Positions 8,953 to 18,521 of a stretch of DNA of 32,000 bases are shown piece by piece (position 1 is the stretch's first letter; every line of letters begins with the position of its first letter). Under the pieces are notes generated by a model. That model searched no databases and was not told where the DNA came from. It worked only from the letters and a program-made list of their open reading frames with translations. The stretch is from Candidatus Electrothrix sp. GW3-4 (GTDB taxonomy: Bacteria; Desulfobacterota; Desulfobulbia; Desulfobulbales; Desulfobulbaceae). The stretch covers positions 1,740,001 through 1,772,000 of the forward strand of contig NZ_CP147990.1 of assembly GCF_037902255.1 (NCBI RefSeq), in the 5' to 3' direction. The translations under genes and the position numbers were made by a program.

Positions 8953-9930
8953 ATGAAGCCAGTTGTATCAGTACTAACACCCACATGGGACCGCGCATGT
9001 TACCTACCCAATGTCTGGGAAGGGCTTACCGCTCAAACCTATCGAAATTTCGAATGGATTGTCGCGAATGACGGTTCAGCGGACAACACCATCAAGATTG
9101 TTTATGAGCTTGCCGCAAAATCGAACTTCCCGGTTACGCTGATCAATGCATCCTGCCGGATCGGCAAGTCCACAATGGACAACGAGGCAGTTGCTGCGGC
9201 AAGGGGCGACTTCATTATCTGGTGCGATTCAGATGATGTTTTTCTACCCCATGCATTGGAAACTCTGTATAACTCATGGGAATCAATACCGAGTGAAGAG
9301 CGGGGAGCGTTTTGTGGCATTACCGCTCTGTGTGATACGGAAAACGGTGTTCTTGGTAGGAAGTTTTACACCTCGGAAAATGCAATTGATCTTACCTGGA
9401 ATGATTTGTACAACAAACTTAACTCTGACTTAGTTATATTTACGAGAGCTGAATTATTAAAATCTAATCCATTTGTGGAGGTGGATTTTCTCATCCCGGA
9501 ATCTTCCGTATGGAGTATCATAGGTACAAGAAAGACAAGATTTATTCCGCGTGTACTTGAGCGCAAACACTATGGTGAAAAGAATTGTCTATCGTTTAGT
9601 GGTGTTATGGCTTATAACCGAGGAAATGCTTACGCCATGGCGATGAGCCGGGAAACTTCCGCAACGCTCCTCAATAGGAAAGAACTCTTACTGCGTGCGA
9701 TCAATTACCTGCGCTATTGCTGGCACGGTGACATCCCTCTACGAAAAGCCATATCACTGTGGCAAGTACATGGGGTTGATGTATGGCTGCTCCTTACGGT
9801 CTGGCCATTGTCTGAGTTACTCGCGCTGAAAGACCGGCTACAGGGTAAGGTCAGGAAAACTCATCTGGAATTTATCGCGGCACAAGTCAAGGTAGAAATC
9901 GACGTAAAGAGACTTAATTTCGATGCGTAA
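8953..9930 (+). CDS. Glycosyltransferase family 2 (GT-A).
   Basis: 'VSVLTPTWDRACYLPNVWEGLTAQTYRNFEWIVANDGSADNT' and 'WCDSDD' (DxD) are present. Confidence 0.85.
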   Translation: MKPVVSVLTPTWDRACYLPNVWEGLTAQTYRNFEWIVANDGSADNTIKIVYELAAKSNFPVTLINASCRIGKSTMDNEAVAAARGDFIIWCDSDDVFLPHALETLYNSWESIPSEERGAFCGITALCDTENGVLGRKFYTSENAIDLTWNDLYNKLNSDLVIFTRAELLKSNPFVEVDFLIPESSVWSIIGTRKTRFIPRVLERKHYGEKNCLSFSGVMAYNRGNAYAMAMSRETSATLLNRKELLLRAINYLRYCWHGDIPLRKAISLWQVHGVDVWLLLTVWPLSELLALKDRLQGKVRKTHLEFIAAQVKVEIDVKRLNFDA

Positions 9931-10483
9931 TCTTCTTTCCTTACCTTACGCTATTGTTCGGCTTTTTCGAGCATCACAGAAAAAACTGAAAATAACCAGT
10001 TTGCGTCTGCGCGGTGTCGTGGTTGACTCAACTGCTATTATTGATCCGGCAGCTATTTTTGAGCCTTCTGGAGGAGCAATCTTCATTGGATCCAAAACCT
10101 TCGTTGATCGGGGCGTAATCTTAAGGTCTTTGGGGGGAAGAATTGAAATTGGAAAAGATTGCTCCGTGAATGCCTATTCAGTTTTGTATGGTGGAGGTGG
10201 GCTTAAAATCGGAAATGGTGTACGTATTGCGAGTCATACGGTGATTGTTCCATCCAATCATGTGTTTTCTGATCCAGAACAGCAAATTAAGGATCAAGGT
10301 TTGACGCTTAAGGGCATAGTGATTGAAGATGATGTCTGGATTGGTGCTGGTGCGAAAATACTAGATGGAGTGACCATTCAAAAAGGTACTGTCGTGGGTG
10401 CTGGGGCGGTTGTCACCAAATCAACCGAACCGTATGCAATAGTGGCGGGTGTCCCTGCTGTAGTTATCCGATATCGGCGTTGA
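9923..10483 (+). CDS. Hexapeptide-repeat (left-handed beta-helix) acyl/acetyltransferase.
   Basis: Hexapeptide repeats 'IGNGVRIASHTVI' and 'VWIGAGAKILDGVTIQKGTVVGAGAVVTKS...IVAGVPA' are present. The ATG overlaps the upstream stop. Confidence 0.85.
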   Translation: MRNLLSLPYAIVRLFRASQKKLKITSLRLRGVVVDSTAIIDPAAIFEPSGGAIFIGSKTFVDRGVILRSLGGRIEIGKDCSVNAYSVLYGGGGLKIGNGVRIASHTVIVPSNHVFSDPEQQIKDQGLTLKGIVIEDDVWIGAGAKILDGVTIQKGTVVGAGAVVTKSTEPYAIVAGVPAVVIRYRR

Positions 10484-10506
10484 GTTATAAACCAAAGGTG
10501 GCCAAA

Positions 10507-11208
10507 ATGATGACTAATCTTTCAGGGTTTCGTCGTGTAGTACGGAAAGTTTTTAGAAACTTAGGATTTCAAAGAAGGATTGCTCCTCACTTCGTAGATG
10601 TGATGCATGCGCATGATATTGATGTTGTTTTTGATGTGGGTGCAAATGATGGGGATTATGGGAGAGAAATACGCGACCTTGGGTATGAGGGGCTTATCGT
10701 CTCATTTGAGCCTAATTCTGAAGCTTATGATCGCCTCCAGGCTGCAATAGCATCCGACCCAAATTGGATTGCTTACTCGTTCGCTTTTGGAGAAGACGAC
10801 GGCGAAGCTGAGTTGTCGGTGGCCGAAAATGATGCCATGAGTTCAATCAAAGGGCTCACCGAATTTGGTAAAGAAACGGGTGCTGTATCAAATACTACTG
10901 TAAACGTAGCAATCACTCGCTTAGATTCATTTCTGAACAAACACCCCGAGTTAATGAAAAATGTCTATCTCAAAATAGATACTCAGGGGTTCGAAATGGA
11001 AGTTTTACGCGGGGCCGGTGAAAAGTTAGCACAGATTGCTGCGGTTCAGGCAGAGATAGCGTTGATTCACACCTATACGAATGAGCTTGATTGGTTAGAG
11101 ATCCTTATGTGGATGCGAGCTCAAAAGTTTGAAGTGGCCACTGCTATTTGTAATTCTGCAGTGGGTGCTCAGGTGAGGGAATTTGACTTTGTTTTTGTTC
11201 GACAATAA
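10507..11208 (+). CDS. FkbM-family methyltransferase.
   Basis: 'VFDVGANDGDYG' and 'LKIDTQGFEMEVLRGA' are present. ATG at 10507 follows AGGTGG (10495-10500). The ORF track starts at TTG 10480. Confidence 0.8.
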   Translation: MMTNLSGFRRVVRKVFRNLGFQRRIAPHFVDVMHAHDIDVVFDVGANDGDYGREIRDLGYEGLIVSFEPNSEAYDRLQAAIASDPNWIAYSFAFGEDDGEAELSVAENDAMSSIKGLTEFGKETGAVSNTTVNVAITRLDSFLNKHPELMKNVYLKIDTQGFEMEVLRGAGEKLAQIAAVQAEIALIHTYTNELDWLEILMWMRAQKFEVATAICNSAVGAQVREFDFVFVRQ

Positions 11209-11238
11209 AAGAATAAATTAGATCCGACAAATGCTGAG

Positions 11239-12345
11239 GTGAATCAGTCAAACGGCAAAATACTGTTGGTTACCAAAACGCTAGACTCTTCACCTTCTGG
11301 CGGTCGAGAGTTGCTCTGCAAGCTAAACCACGATGCACTGATTGCCCTTTATGGGAAACGTTTATTTTTGTTTGAGTTACCCGTTGGACGCTTAAGCAGC
11401 GCAAGGAAGTCATTGACCGCATTTCGTGGGCATATCGATGGGTTGAATACGAAAACAATACAATCTGCTCACGCTGTCATTGAACGTGAAAGTGTGAGCA
11501 AGGTATTTGTAGACGGCTCCAACTTGGGCAGTTTTGTAGCGGAAACCAAACAGCGCCTGCCAGCGGTTGAGGTGGTCACATTTTTTCATAACGTTGAGAC
11601 CCGCTTTTTCTGGGGAGCCTTCTGTAAGAACAAGACTGTTCACGCTGCCGGAGTGATGGTTGCAAACTATCTTGCCGAACGAAAAGCCGTTCGTTGGAGT
11701 GACAAGGTTATTTGCCTAAACCAACGGGATAGCCGCTTACTCAAAAAGCTATACGGAAGGGGAGCAACACACATTGCCCCGATGGCACTTGAAGACAAAC
11801 TCCCTTCTTCTTTTAATCATAAAACTGAGTTCTCTGATTCCCAACCCTACGCTCTTTTCGTGGGAGGTACTTTTTACGCCAACCAAACAGGTATTACCTG
11901 GTTTGTGCGTGAGGTTGCACCGCGTATTGATCTGCTTATTTATATTGTTGGTCGTGGGTTTGAGGCACTTAAGTCTGAGTTGGAAATTCCTGGTAAGGTG
12001 ACAGTGGTTGGCACAGTGGATAATTTGTCGGAGTGGTATATGCGTGCTCAGTTCGTGGTTGCACCTGTTTTCGACGGTTCCGGTATGAAGACTAAGGTAG
12101 CCGAGGCACTTATGTACGGAAAAAAGGTGGTTGGCACTCCAGAAGCTTTTACCGGCTATGAAGATATTATTAATCAGGCCGGATGGGTGTGCAGTACAGT
12201 TGACGATTTTGTTGCTGCAATTGTGACTGCTGGGAAGGAGATAAAAACTTTATTCTACCCAGAGCTACGCGAGATTTATCAGAATAAGTATTCCTTAAAT
12301 GCAGCACGAGTTCGAATGAAGAAAATTTTAGAGGAGCCAATTTAA
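11239..12345 (+). CDS. Glycosyltransferase (GT-B, family 1/4-like).
   Basis: C-terminal 'VAPVFDGSGMKTKVAEALMYGKKVVGTPEAFTGY' is present. The start (GTG 11239) is uncertain. Confidence 0.75.
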   Translation: MNQSNGKILLVTKTLDSSPSGGRELLCKLNHDALIALYGKRLFLFELPVGRLSSARKSLTAFRGHIDGLNTKTIQSAHAVIERESVSKVFVDGSNLGSFVAETKQRLPAVEVVTFFHNVETRFFWGAFCKNKTVHAAGVMVANYLAERKAVRWSDKVICLNQRDSRLLKKLYGRGATHIAPMALEDKLPSSFNHKTEFSDSQPYALFVGGTFYANQTGITWFVREVAPRIDLLIYIVGRGFEALKSELEIPGKVTVVGTVDNLSEWYMRAQFVVAPVFDGSGMKTKVAEALMYGKKVVGTPEAFTGYEDIINQAGWVCSTVDDFVAAIVTAGKEIKTLFYPELREIYQNKYSLNAARVRMKKILEEPI

Positions 12346-12434
12346 CAGGACATCCATCGGTTCCATTTTTATTGTGTAAAGTGATAGTCAGTTTTATTTA
12401 CAGGGCTATTGATAAATTAAGTGATGGAGAATCA

Positions 12435-13208
12435 ATGAAAGCATGGTTGAGAGATATTCTACCCACCAACCTCCAAGTTCCAATAAAATATTGGATTAAT
12501 GGGATTCGAGGACAGCTTGAGGAAGAATTAGAGTTATTGCCCAACCTTGTACAACCAGGAGATAAAGTTGTTGATATTGGAGGGAATAGAGGAATATATG
12601 CTTATAGTCTTTGGCGGTTAGGTGCACATGTCGAGATTTTTGAGCCTAACCCATCCTGTGCAGCAGTATTGCAATCTTGGGCAAAAGATAAAAAGAATAT
12701 TCAGGTAAATACTGTTGCCTTATCAGACCGTGCAGGGTCAGCATATTTACATGTTCCTGTCGATTCTACAGGTGTCGTGCATGATTCATCTGCTTCTTTA
12801 GAGCATAATGATTTTAAAAATTCTCGTGATGAGTTGGTTACTCTTCGGACTTTAGATAGCTTTCAACTTGAAAATGTGTCGTTTATCAAAATTGATGTCG
12901 AGGGCCATGAGTTTAATGTATTATTGGGAGCAGAAAATACCCTGCGTTTGTTTCGCCCTGCCTTGCTGGTTGAGATTGAACAACGACATAGTCATTGTCC
13001 CATTAATGAGACTTTTGAATTGTTGATAAAATGGGGATACCAAGGATATTATTTTTCATCTAGTGAACTTACATCCTTGGATTGCTTTCGTTTAGAAAAT
13101 GATCAAAATATGACGGCGGCTCTCGGAAGAACATCTCGATATATTAATAATTTTTTATTTCTCCATCAAAAAAAAATCAAGGAAGGTAAGTACGACCTAC
13201 TTTTTTGA
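12435..13208 (+). CDS. FkbM-family methyltransferase (second copy, diverged).
   Basis: 'VVDIGGNRGIYAY' and 'IKIDVEGHEFNVLLGA' are present. ATG at 12435 is preceded by GGAGA (12426-12430). The ORF track starts at TTG 12372. Confidence 0.8.
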   Translation: MKAWLRDILPTNLQVPIKYWINGIRGQLEEELELLPNLVQPGDKVVDIGGNRGIYAYSLWRLGAHVEIFEPNPSCAAVLQSWAKDKKNIQVNTVALSDRAGSAYLHVPVDSTGVVHDSSASLEHNDFKNSRDELVTLRTLDSFQLENVSFIKIDVEGHEFNVLLGAENTLRLFRPALLVEIEQRHSHCPINETFELLIKWGYQGYYFSSSELTSLDCFRLENDQNMTAALGRTSRYINNFLFLHQKKIKEGKYDLLF

Positions 13209-13224
13209 AACAAGAAATTTATTG

Positions 13225-14316
13225 ATGAAAATATTTGTAGTGACACCTCTTTATGCTCTTTCTGGTGTGCCGTTGGCTCAGGTGAAACTCGCTCGTTCTT
13301 TAGCTAACAAAGGGCATAACGTACATTTGCTGGTTGGACATATACGAAAGGGATATACATTTACCCCGCCCGACGGTGTCAAAGCATCCGTTTTAGGCTG
13401 TCTAAACGTACGACGGATGCTATGCCCGCTTGTGAGCTGCTTACGAGCAGAGAAGCCTGATGTGGTTTTCTCTGCGGAGGATCATCTGAACACGATAGTG
13501 CTGATTGCAGCTGTTTTGTCTGGATCTAAAGCTAAGATAAGTGGGTCTTCAAGGGTAACACCTTTTGATACCTATTCGAATGCGCCCTTTTCTAAACGTT
13601 GGGTGTTGAAGCAATTGGCGCATGTGGTCATGCGGCGTGCTGATGCTCTAACGTGTGTTTCTAAGGATATGGTGGCACAGTATAGGCAAGTGTTTTCATT
13701 CTCACCGCATGTGTGTGTGTATAACATCGTCGTTGACACGAATTCGCGATTGCGAATGCAAGAGCCTGTGGAGCATGATTGGTTGGTAGATAAATCGGTA
13801 CCCGTTTTGGTAGCAGCTGGGCGCTTAGCACCATGGAAGGGTTTTTCAGATTTGATTGAGTCTGTGGCCTTGCTAAGCTCTAGGCGTCGAATTCGTTTAC
13901 TGATAATGGGTGATGGGCCGTTACGCGGTGAGTTGCAACACTTAATTGAAGTGCGAGGGTTGGGGGATGTTGTTCAGTTAATGGGTTATGTGGAAAATCC
14001 ACTCAAATATTTTTTTCGTGCCGAAATCTTTGTATTGTCCTCTCTTGTAGAGGGACTGCCCAATGTGTTGGTAGAAGCTATGATGTGTGGTTGTACGCCA
14101 GTTTCAACTAATTGTCCGACTGGTCCCAGTGAGGTTTTGCAAGAAGGGAAATATGGCTACTTGGTTCCAATGCGAGATCCCGTAGCAATGTCAACAGCTA
14201 TCGAGCACGCTCTGGATAATCCAATTCCTAAAGCGCTATTAGAAGAAGCTGTCGCGCCGTTTGAGGAAAATCGGGTACTCGCACGGCACTTTGAGCTTTT
14301 AGGGCTACACGGATGA
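13225..14316 (+). CDS. Glycosyltransferase family 4.
   Basis: 'AGRLAPWKGF' and 'VEGLPNVLVEAMMCGCTPVSTNCPTGPSEVL' are present. Confidence 0.85.
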   Translation: MKIFVVTPLYALSGVPLAQVKLARSLANKGHNVHLLVGHIRKGYTFTPPDGVKASVLGCLNVRRMLCPLVSCLRAEKPDVVFSAEDHLNTIVLIAAVLSGSKAKISGSSRVTPFDTYSNAPFSKRWVLKQLAHVVMRRADALTCVSKDMVAQYRQVFSFSPHVCVYNIVVDTNSRLRMQEPVEHDWLVDKSVPVLVAAGRLAPWKGFSDLIESVALLSSRRRIRLLIMGDGPLRGELQHLIEVRGLGDVVQLMGYVENPLKYFFRAEIFVLSSLVEGLPNVLVEAMMCGCTPVSTNCPTGPSEVLQEGKYGYLVPMRDPVAMSTAIEHALDNPIPKALLEEAVAPFEENRVLARHFELLGLHG

Positions 14317-15425
14317 AGGTTGGTTTAAATGCTACTTGCTTGAACGACCGTCCCTCTGGTGCAACGCAACGATTTGTAGGGATCTATTCAGAGCTTTTCA
14401 AAATTCTTCCAGAGATAGAATTCGTAATTTATGAGTCGAAGGACTGTTCTGTAGGAGCATGGTTTAACGATTCGGCTAATATTTCAGTAAGAAAAAGTCC
14501 GATTCCCAGTGAGGGGAGATTACGGAAGTATACTAAAGGGCTATGGTACTGGGATCGTGCCTTAAGGCAAGAACATCTTGATCTGTTCGAAGTTTTTAAT
14601 CTCCCTGTGGTCACAGCGCCGTCTGGAAAAACATTTTTGACTATACACGACATTCGATTTCTATATCCAGAGTGGCAGGGAGCTGAGCGTGTGGCGTACC
14701 GATCAATTTTAAGAAATGCAATCAAAAAATCAGATCATATAATTACTGTGTCAGCGGCGATGAAAAACGAGATTTTGAAATTTTTCCCGGAGACATCTAT
14801 TTGTATCGTACCCAATGGCTTGGACGCTTCGCTATTTGAATTTATATCAGTTTCCGACTTGGATGAGGTCAGAGAAAGACTGTCACTTCCTGAAAAGTTT
14901 TTACTTACCGTAGGACACTTTGAAAATAGAAAGAATTATCTTCGGTTGATTTCGTCTTTTTCATTACTCCTCAGGATGGGGCATGACATTAGCCTAATTA
15001 TCGTAGGTAATGACAGCGGCATGGGAAACTTGTTGTGCAAAAAAATTGCAGACGATCATCTGACTCAAAAGGTTCGTCTACTGAGTGGCCTCAGTGACCA
15101 CGATGTTCGTTGTTTGTATAAGCTGAGTACGTTATTTGTGTTTGCGTCGGCGTATGAGGGGTTCGGTATACCAATACTTGAGGCAATGGCTTCCAGGTGC
15201 CCTATGATATTGAGTAATTTGCCGGTATTTCGTGAAATTACTGAGGAGCAGGCGATTTACTTTCCTCACGATGATATTGTGGCTATAGCAAATGCAATGG
15301 AAATAGGGCTGACTTCGAAGGATGAACGTCGTCGCCTTGTACATTATGGAAGCCGTCGGATACGAGATTTTAGCTTTGAACAGTTGGCCAAGCAAGTAGC
15401 AACCATATATGGTGACCTCGTCTAG
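14313..15425 (+). CDS. Glycosyltransferase family 4.
   Basis: 'YEGFGIPILEAMASRCPMILSNLPVFREI' is present. There is an ATGA overlap with the upstream gene. Confidence 0.85.
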   Translation: MKVGLNATCLNDRPSGATQRFVGIYSELFKILPEIEFVIYESKDCSVGAWFNDSANISVRKSPIPSEGRLRKYTKGLWYWDRALRQEHLDLFEVFNLPVVTAPSGKTFLTIHDIRFLYPEWQGAERVAYRSILRNAIKKSDHIITVSAAMKNEILKFFPETSICIVPNGLDASLFEFISVSDLDEVRERLSLPEKFLLTVGHFENRKNYLRLISSFSLLLRMGHDISLIIVGNDSGMGNLLCKKIADDHLTQKVRLLSGLSDHDVRCLYKLSTLFVFASAYEGFGIPILEAMASRCPMILSNLPVFREITEEQAIYFPHDDIVAIANAMEIGLTSKDERRRLVHYGSRRIRDFSFEQLAKQVATIYGDLV

Positions 15426-15483
15426 AGTGTAACTTGACGAAAAGTATTTTTCATAAAAGGTACAGCCTATGTCAAGGTGACTT

Positions 15484-17475
15484 ATGTGTGGCATCACCGG
15501 TTTTCTAACACATCATTCTAACGATGATCATATTCTGTCTGTTCAACAAATGACAGACGCTCTGCAGCATCGTGGCCCTGATGACAGCGGCATCTGGCTG
15601 GATCATGAGTGCGGAGTTTATTTGGGGCACAGGCGCCTGGCAATACTCGACCTCTCTCTGGCAGGGCATCAGCCCATGCATTCCAATTCGGGGCGTTATG
15701 TCATAGTTTTTAACGGGGAGTTCTATAATCATCTTACGTTGCGAAAACAGCTGGAAGCTGGAGGGGTTCAGCAAAAAGCATGGCAAGGTCATTCAGATAC
15801 TGAAACGCTGCTTGCCTGTTTTGAGACCTGGGGAATTACAAAAAGCCTGCAAAGTTTTGTCGGAATGTTTGCCCTTGCTGTATGGGATAGGCATGAACGA
15901 CAACTCATCCTTGCTCGTGACCGAATGGGTGAGAAACCGCTTTATTACGGTTGGTGCGATGGGAGTTTTTTCTTTGCCTCTGAATTAAAGGCCCTGCGCC
16001 ACTATTCTGGTTTCGCCAATACTATTGCAAGGGATGTCCTTTCTCTTTACCTTCGTTATTCATATATTCCCACGCCGTACTCCATTTACAAGGATATATA
16101 TAAGCTCGAACCAGGGTGCATGTTGACTTTGGATTTCTCTGACGTATATACTGCCCCAAGCTTTACTCCTCATGCTCCTGATCAAGATAAAAACTGGGCC
16201 CTGCAACAGTATTGGTCTTTACAGGAACAGGTAAACAAGAGAGAGCAAGGTGTGCTTTATGATGAACAAGAAGCATTGTCTTTGCTTGAAGACTCTTTGC
16301 TGCAATCGGTGCAGGAGCAGTCTCTTGCCGATGTCCCCTTGGGTGCTTTTCTTTCCGGTGGCATTGATTCTTCGTTGATTGTGGCTCTGATGCAGTCTCA
16401 GGCAACGAAACCCGTAAAGACCTTTACCATAGGTTTTACAGAAGATGGCTATAGCGAGGCGGTTTACGCAAAAGCCGTTGCCGAACATCTCCAGACCGAT
16501 CATACAGAGTTATATCTCAATGCCACTCAGGCCATGGACGTCATTCCACGGCTGCCAACCCTATATGATGAGCCCTTTGCTGATTCCTCACAGATACCTA
16601 CTTTTTTGGTGGCGCAAATGGCCCGCCAGTATGTTACTGTAGCCCTGTCCGGTGACGGCGGGGATGAGTTATTCGGTGGGTATAACCGGTACCTCTGGGC
16701 GCCGAAGATCTGGCGCAAAATTGCCTGGCTTCCCTATAGCGTTCGTCAGCAGCTCTCGCATCTGTTTATCTGGCTCTCTCAAAATGATGTGTTGGCGCAC
16801 CAACAGGGCATTGCCCAGAGGTTGCCCATAGCCTTGGCAGGAGAAAAATTGCAAAAACTCGGTCAACGAGTACTGGGTGTTCGCGATATTGATGATTTCT
16901 ACCTGAGTCTGATTTCGGAATGGAGAACAGCGGAAGAGGTCGTTTTAGCAGCTCAGGAGCCTGCGACCTTACTCACAGAGCGAAATAGATGGCCGCAGCT
17001 GGAGCGGGCTGAAGAACGGATGATGTATCTTGATGCCATGACCTATTTACCAGATGATATCCTCTGTAAGGTGGATAGGGCTGCGATGGGGGTAAGCCTG
17101 GAGACCAGGGTGCCCTTTCTTGACTACAGGGTGGTCGAACTGGCATGGCAGCTCCCTGTGGATATGAAGATTCGAAATGGTCAGGGAAAGTGGGCCTTGC
17201 GACAGCTTTTATATAAATACGTACCGCAAAAACTTATTGAGCGGCCAAAGCAGGGGTTTGCCATACCGTTAGGGAATTGGTTGCGAGGGCCTTTGCGTGC
17301 TTGGGCTGAACATCTTTTGGATCCTGTGCGATTAGCGAAAGAGGGATATTTTCGACCAGAACCTATTCGGAAAAAATGGCAGGAGCATATGAGTGGAAAA
17401 CGCAACTGGGAACATTCCCTCTGGTCTATCTTGATGTTTCAGGCTTGGCTTGAAACCCAGCAGGAGAACAGCTGA
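15484..17475 (+). CDS. Asparagine synthase family glutamine-hydrolysing amidotransferase (AsnB/WbpS-like, glycan-locus type).
   Basis: N-terminal nucleophile 'MCGITGF' (Cys2, class II GATase) and the PP-loop 'AFLSGGIDSS' are present. Length is 663 aa. Confidence 0.9.
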   Translation: MCGITGFLTHHSNDDHILSVQQMTDALQHRGPDDSGIWLDHECGVYLGHRRLAILDLSLAGHQPMHSNSGRYVIVFNGEFYNHLTLRKQLEAGGVQQKAWQGHSDTETLLACFETWGITKSLQSFVGMFALAVWDRHERQLILARDRMGEKPLYYGWCDGSFFFASELKALRHYSGFANTIARDVLSLYLRYSYIPTPYSIYKDIYKLEPGCMLTLDFSDVYTAPSFTPHAPDQDKNWALQQYWSLQEQVNKREQGVLYDEQEALSLLEDSLLQSVQEQSLADVPLGAFLSGGIDSSLIVALMQSQATKPVKTFTIGFTEDGYSEAVYAKAVAEHLQTDHTELYLNATQAMDVIPRLPTLYDEPFADSSQIPTFLVAQMARQYVTVALSGDGGDELFGGYNRYLWAPKIWRKIAWLPYSVRQQLSHLFIWLSQNDVLAHQQGIAQRLPIALAGEKLQKLGQRVLGVRDIDDFYLSLISEWRTAEEVVLAAQEPATLLTERNRWPQLERAEERMMYLDAMTYLPDDILCKVDRAAMGVSLETRVPFLDYRVVELAWQLPVDMKIRNGQGKWALRQLLYKYVPQKLIERPKQGFAIPLGNWLRGPLRAWAEHLLDPVRLAKEGYFRPEPIRKKWQEHMSGKRNWEHSLWSILMFQAWLETQQENS

Positions 17476-17476
17476 G

Positions 17477-18508
17477 ATGTGGCCGTATTGGCTTATGTAT
17501 GCTTTTCCTGCGGTTGTGGCCTTGTCAAGCAACTCTCGGGAGCGTTCCTGGCCGCCTTGGATACTCTTAGGTGTCGTCTTTACGATTTGTATCGGTTTCC
17601 GATATCAGGTCGGAGGAGACTGGGGAAATTATCTTCCTCATTATGATAAAGAGATCGGCAGATCCTTTTCAGACCCCATAACTGGTGATCCGGGCTATGT
17701 TTTGTTGAATCGCCTGATGGCTCAGTTGGATTGGAAGATTTATGGGGTCAACCTGGCCTGTGGGTTGATCTTTACCATTGGGCTGATCGTCTTCTGTCGA
17801 GGCCTGTATCGCTCCTGGCTGGGATTTGCTCTCGCCGTGCCGTACTTGGTCGTTGTAGTGGCAATGGGCTATACTCGTCAGGGCGTGGCACTTGGTTTAA
17901 TCTTTTTGGGACTTGCCTATCTTGAGAAAGGTCGTTTTATACCCTACATGCTCTTTATTGCTGTGGCTGCTCTATTTCATAAAACAGCAGTAATTATGGC
18001 GCCGTTGGGTATTTTCCTTTATCGTCATGGATGGTTGTATCGAATTATAGCTGTTACTCTGGTCGCAGCAGGGCTATGGAATGCCTTGGTGGCCAAAGAG
18101 GCGGATCACCTTTGGACGACCTATGTTGAGCAGCAGATGTACTCGCAAGGGGCGGTTATTCGGGTAGCAATGAACGCTACCGCTGCCTTTTTTCTCTTGA
18201 AATATTGGAAGCTGTGGCGGAGAGTGTATCCAAATGCCTTACTTTGGCTATGGATGGCCTATGGGGCTATTGCCTGTGTTTTTATGGTTGGTTTTGCCAC
18301 CACGGCTGTGGATCGTCTTGCTCTCTACCTAACCCCCTTGCAGCTGGTTGTTTTTTCCAGGTTGCCCTTTCTGGCTCAAAAAGAGTACGCCCCTGAAACA
18401 ATGACTACATGGATTTTATTCGGATATGGGGCTGTTCTTTTTGTGTGGTTAAATTTTGCCACCCATGCGGTGTATTGGCTTCCGTATCGAAATATTCTTT
18501 TTGAATAA
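17477..18508 (+). CDS. EpsG-family polytopic membrane protein (putative Wzy-like glycan polymerase).
   Basis: About 10 hydrophobic segments and 'RYQVGGDWGNY' are present. ATG at 17477 is preceded by CAGGAGA (17461-17467). Confidence 0.7.
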   Translation: MWPYWLMYAFPAVVALSSNSRERSWPPWILLGVVFTICIGFRYQVGGDWGNYLPHYDKEIGRSFSDPITGDPGYVLLNRLMAQLDWKIYGVNLACGLIFTIGLIVFCRGLYRSWLGFALAVPYLVVVVAMGYTRQGVALGLIFLGLAYLEKGRFIPYMLFIAVAALFHKTAVIMAPLGIFLYRHGWLYRIIAVTLVAAGLWNALVAKEADHLWTTYVEQQMYSQGAVIRVAMNATAAFFLLKYWKLWRRVYPNALLWLWMAYGAIACVFMVGFATTAVDRLALYLTPLQLVVFSRLPFLAQKEYAPETMTTWILFGYGAVLFVWLNFATHAVYWLPYRNILFE

Positions 18509-18521
18509 TTTCTGATAATTC

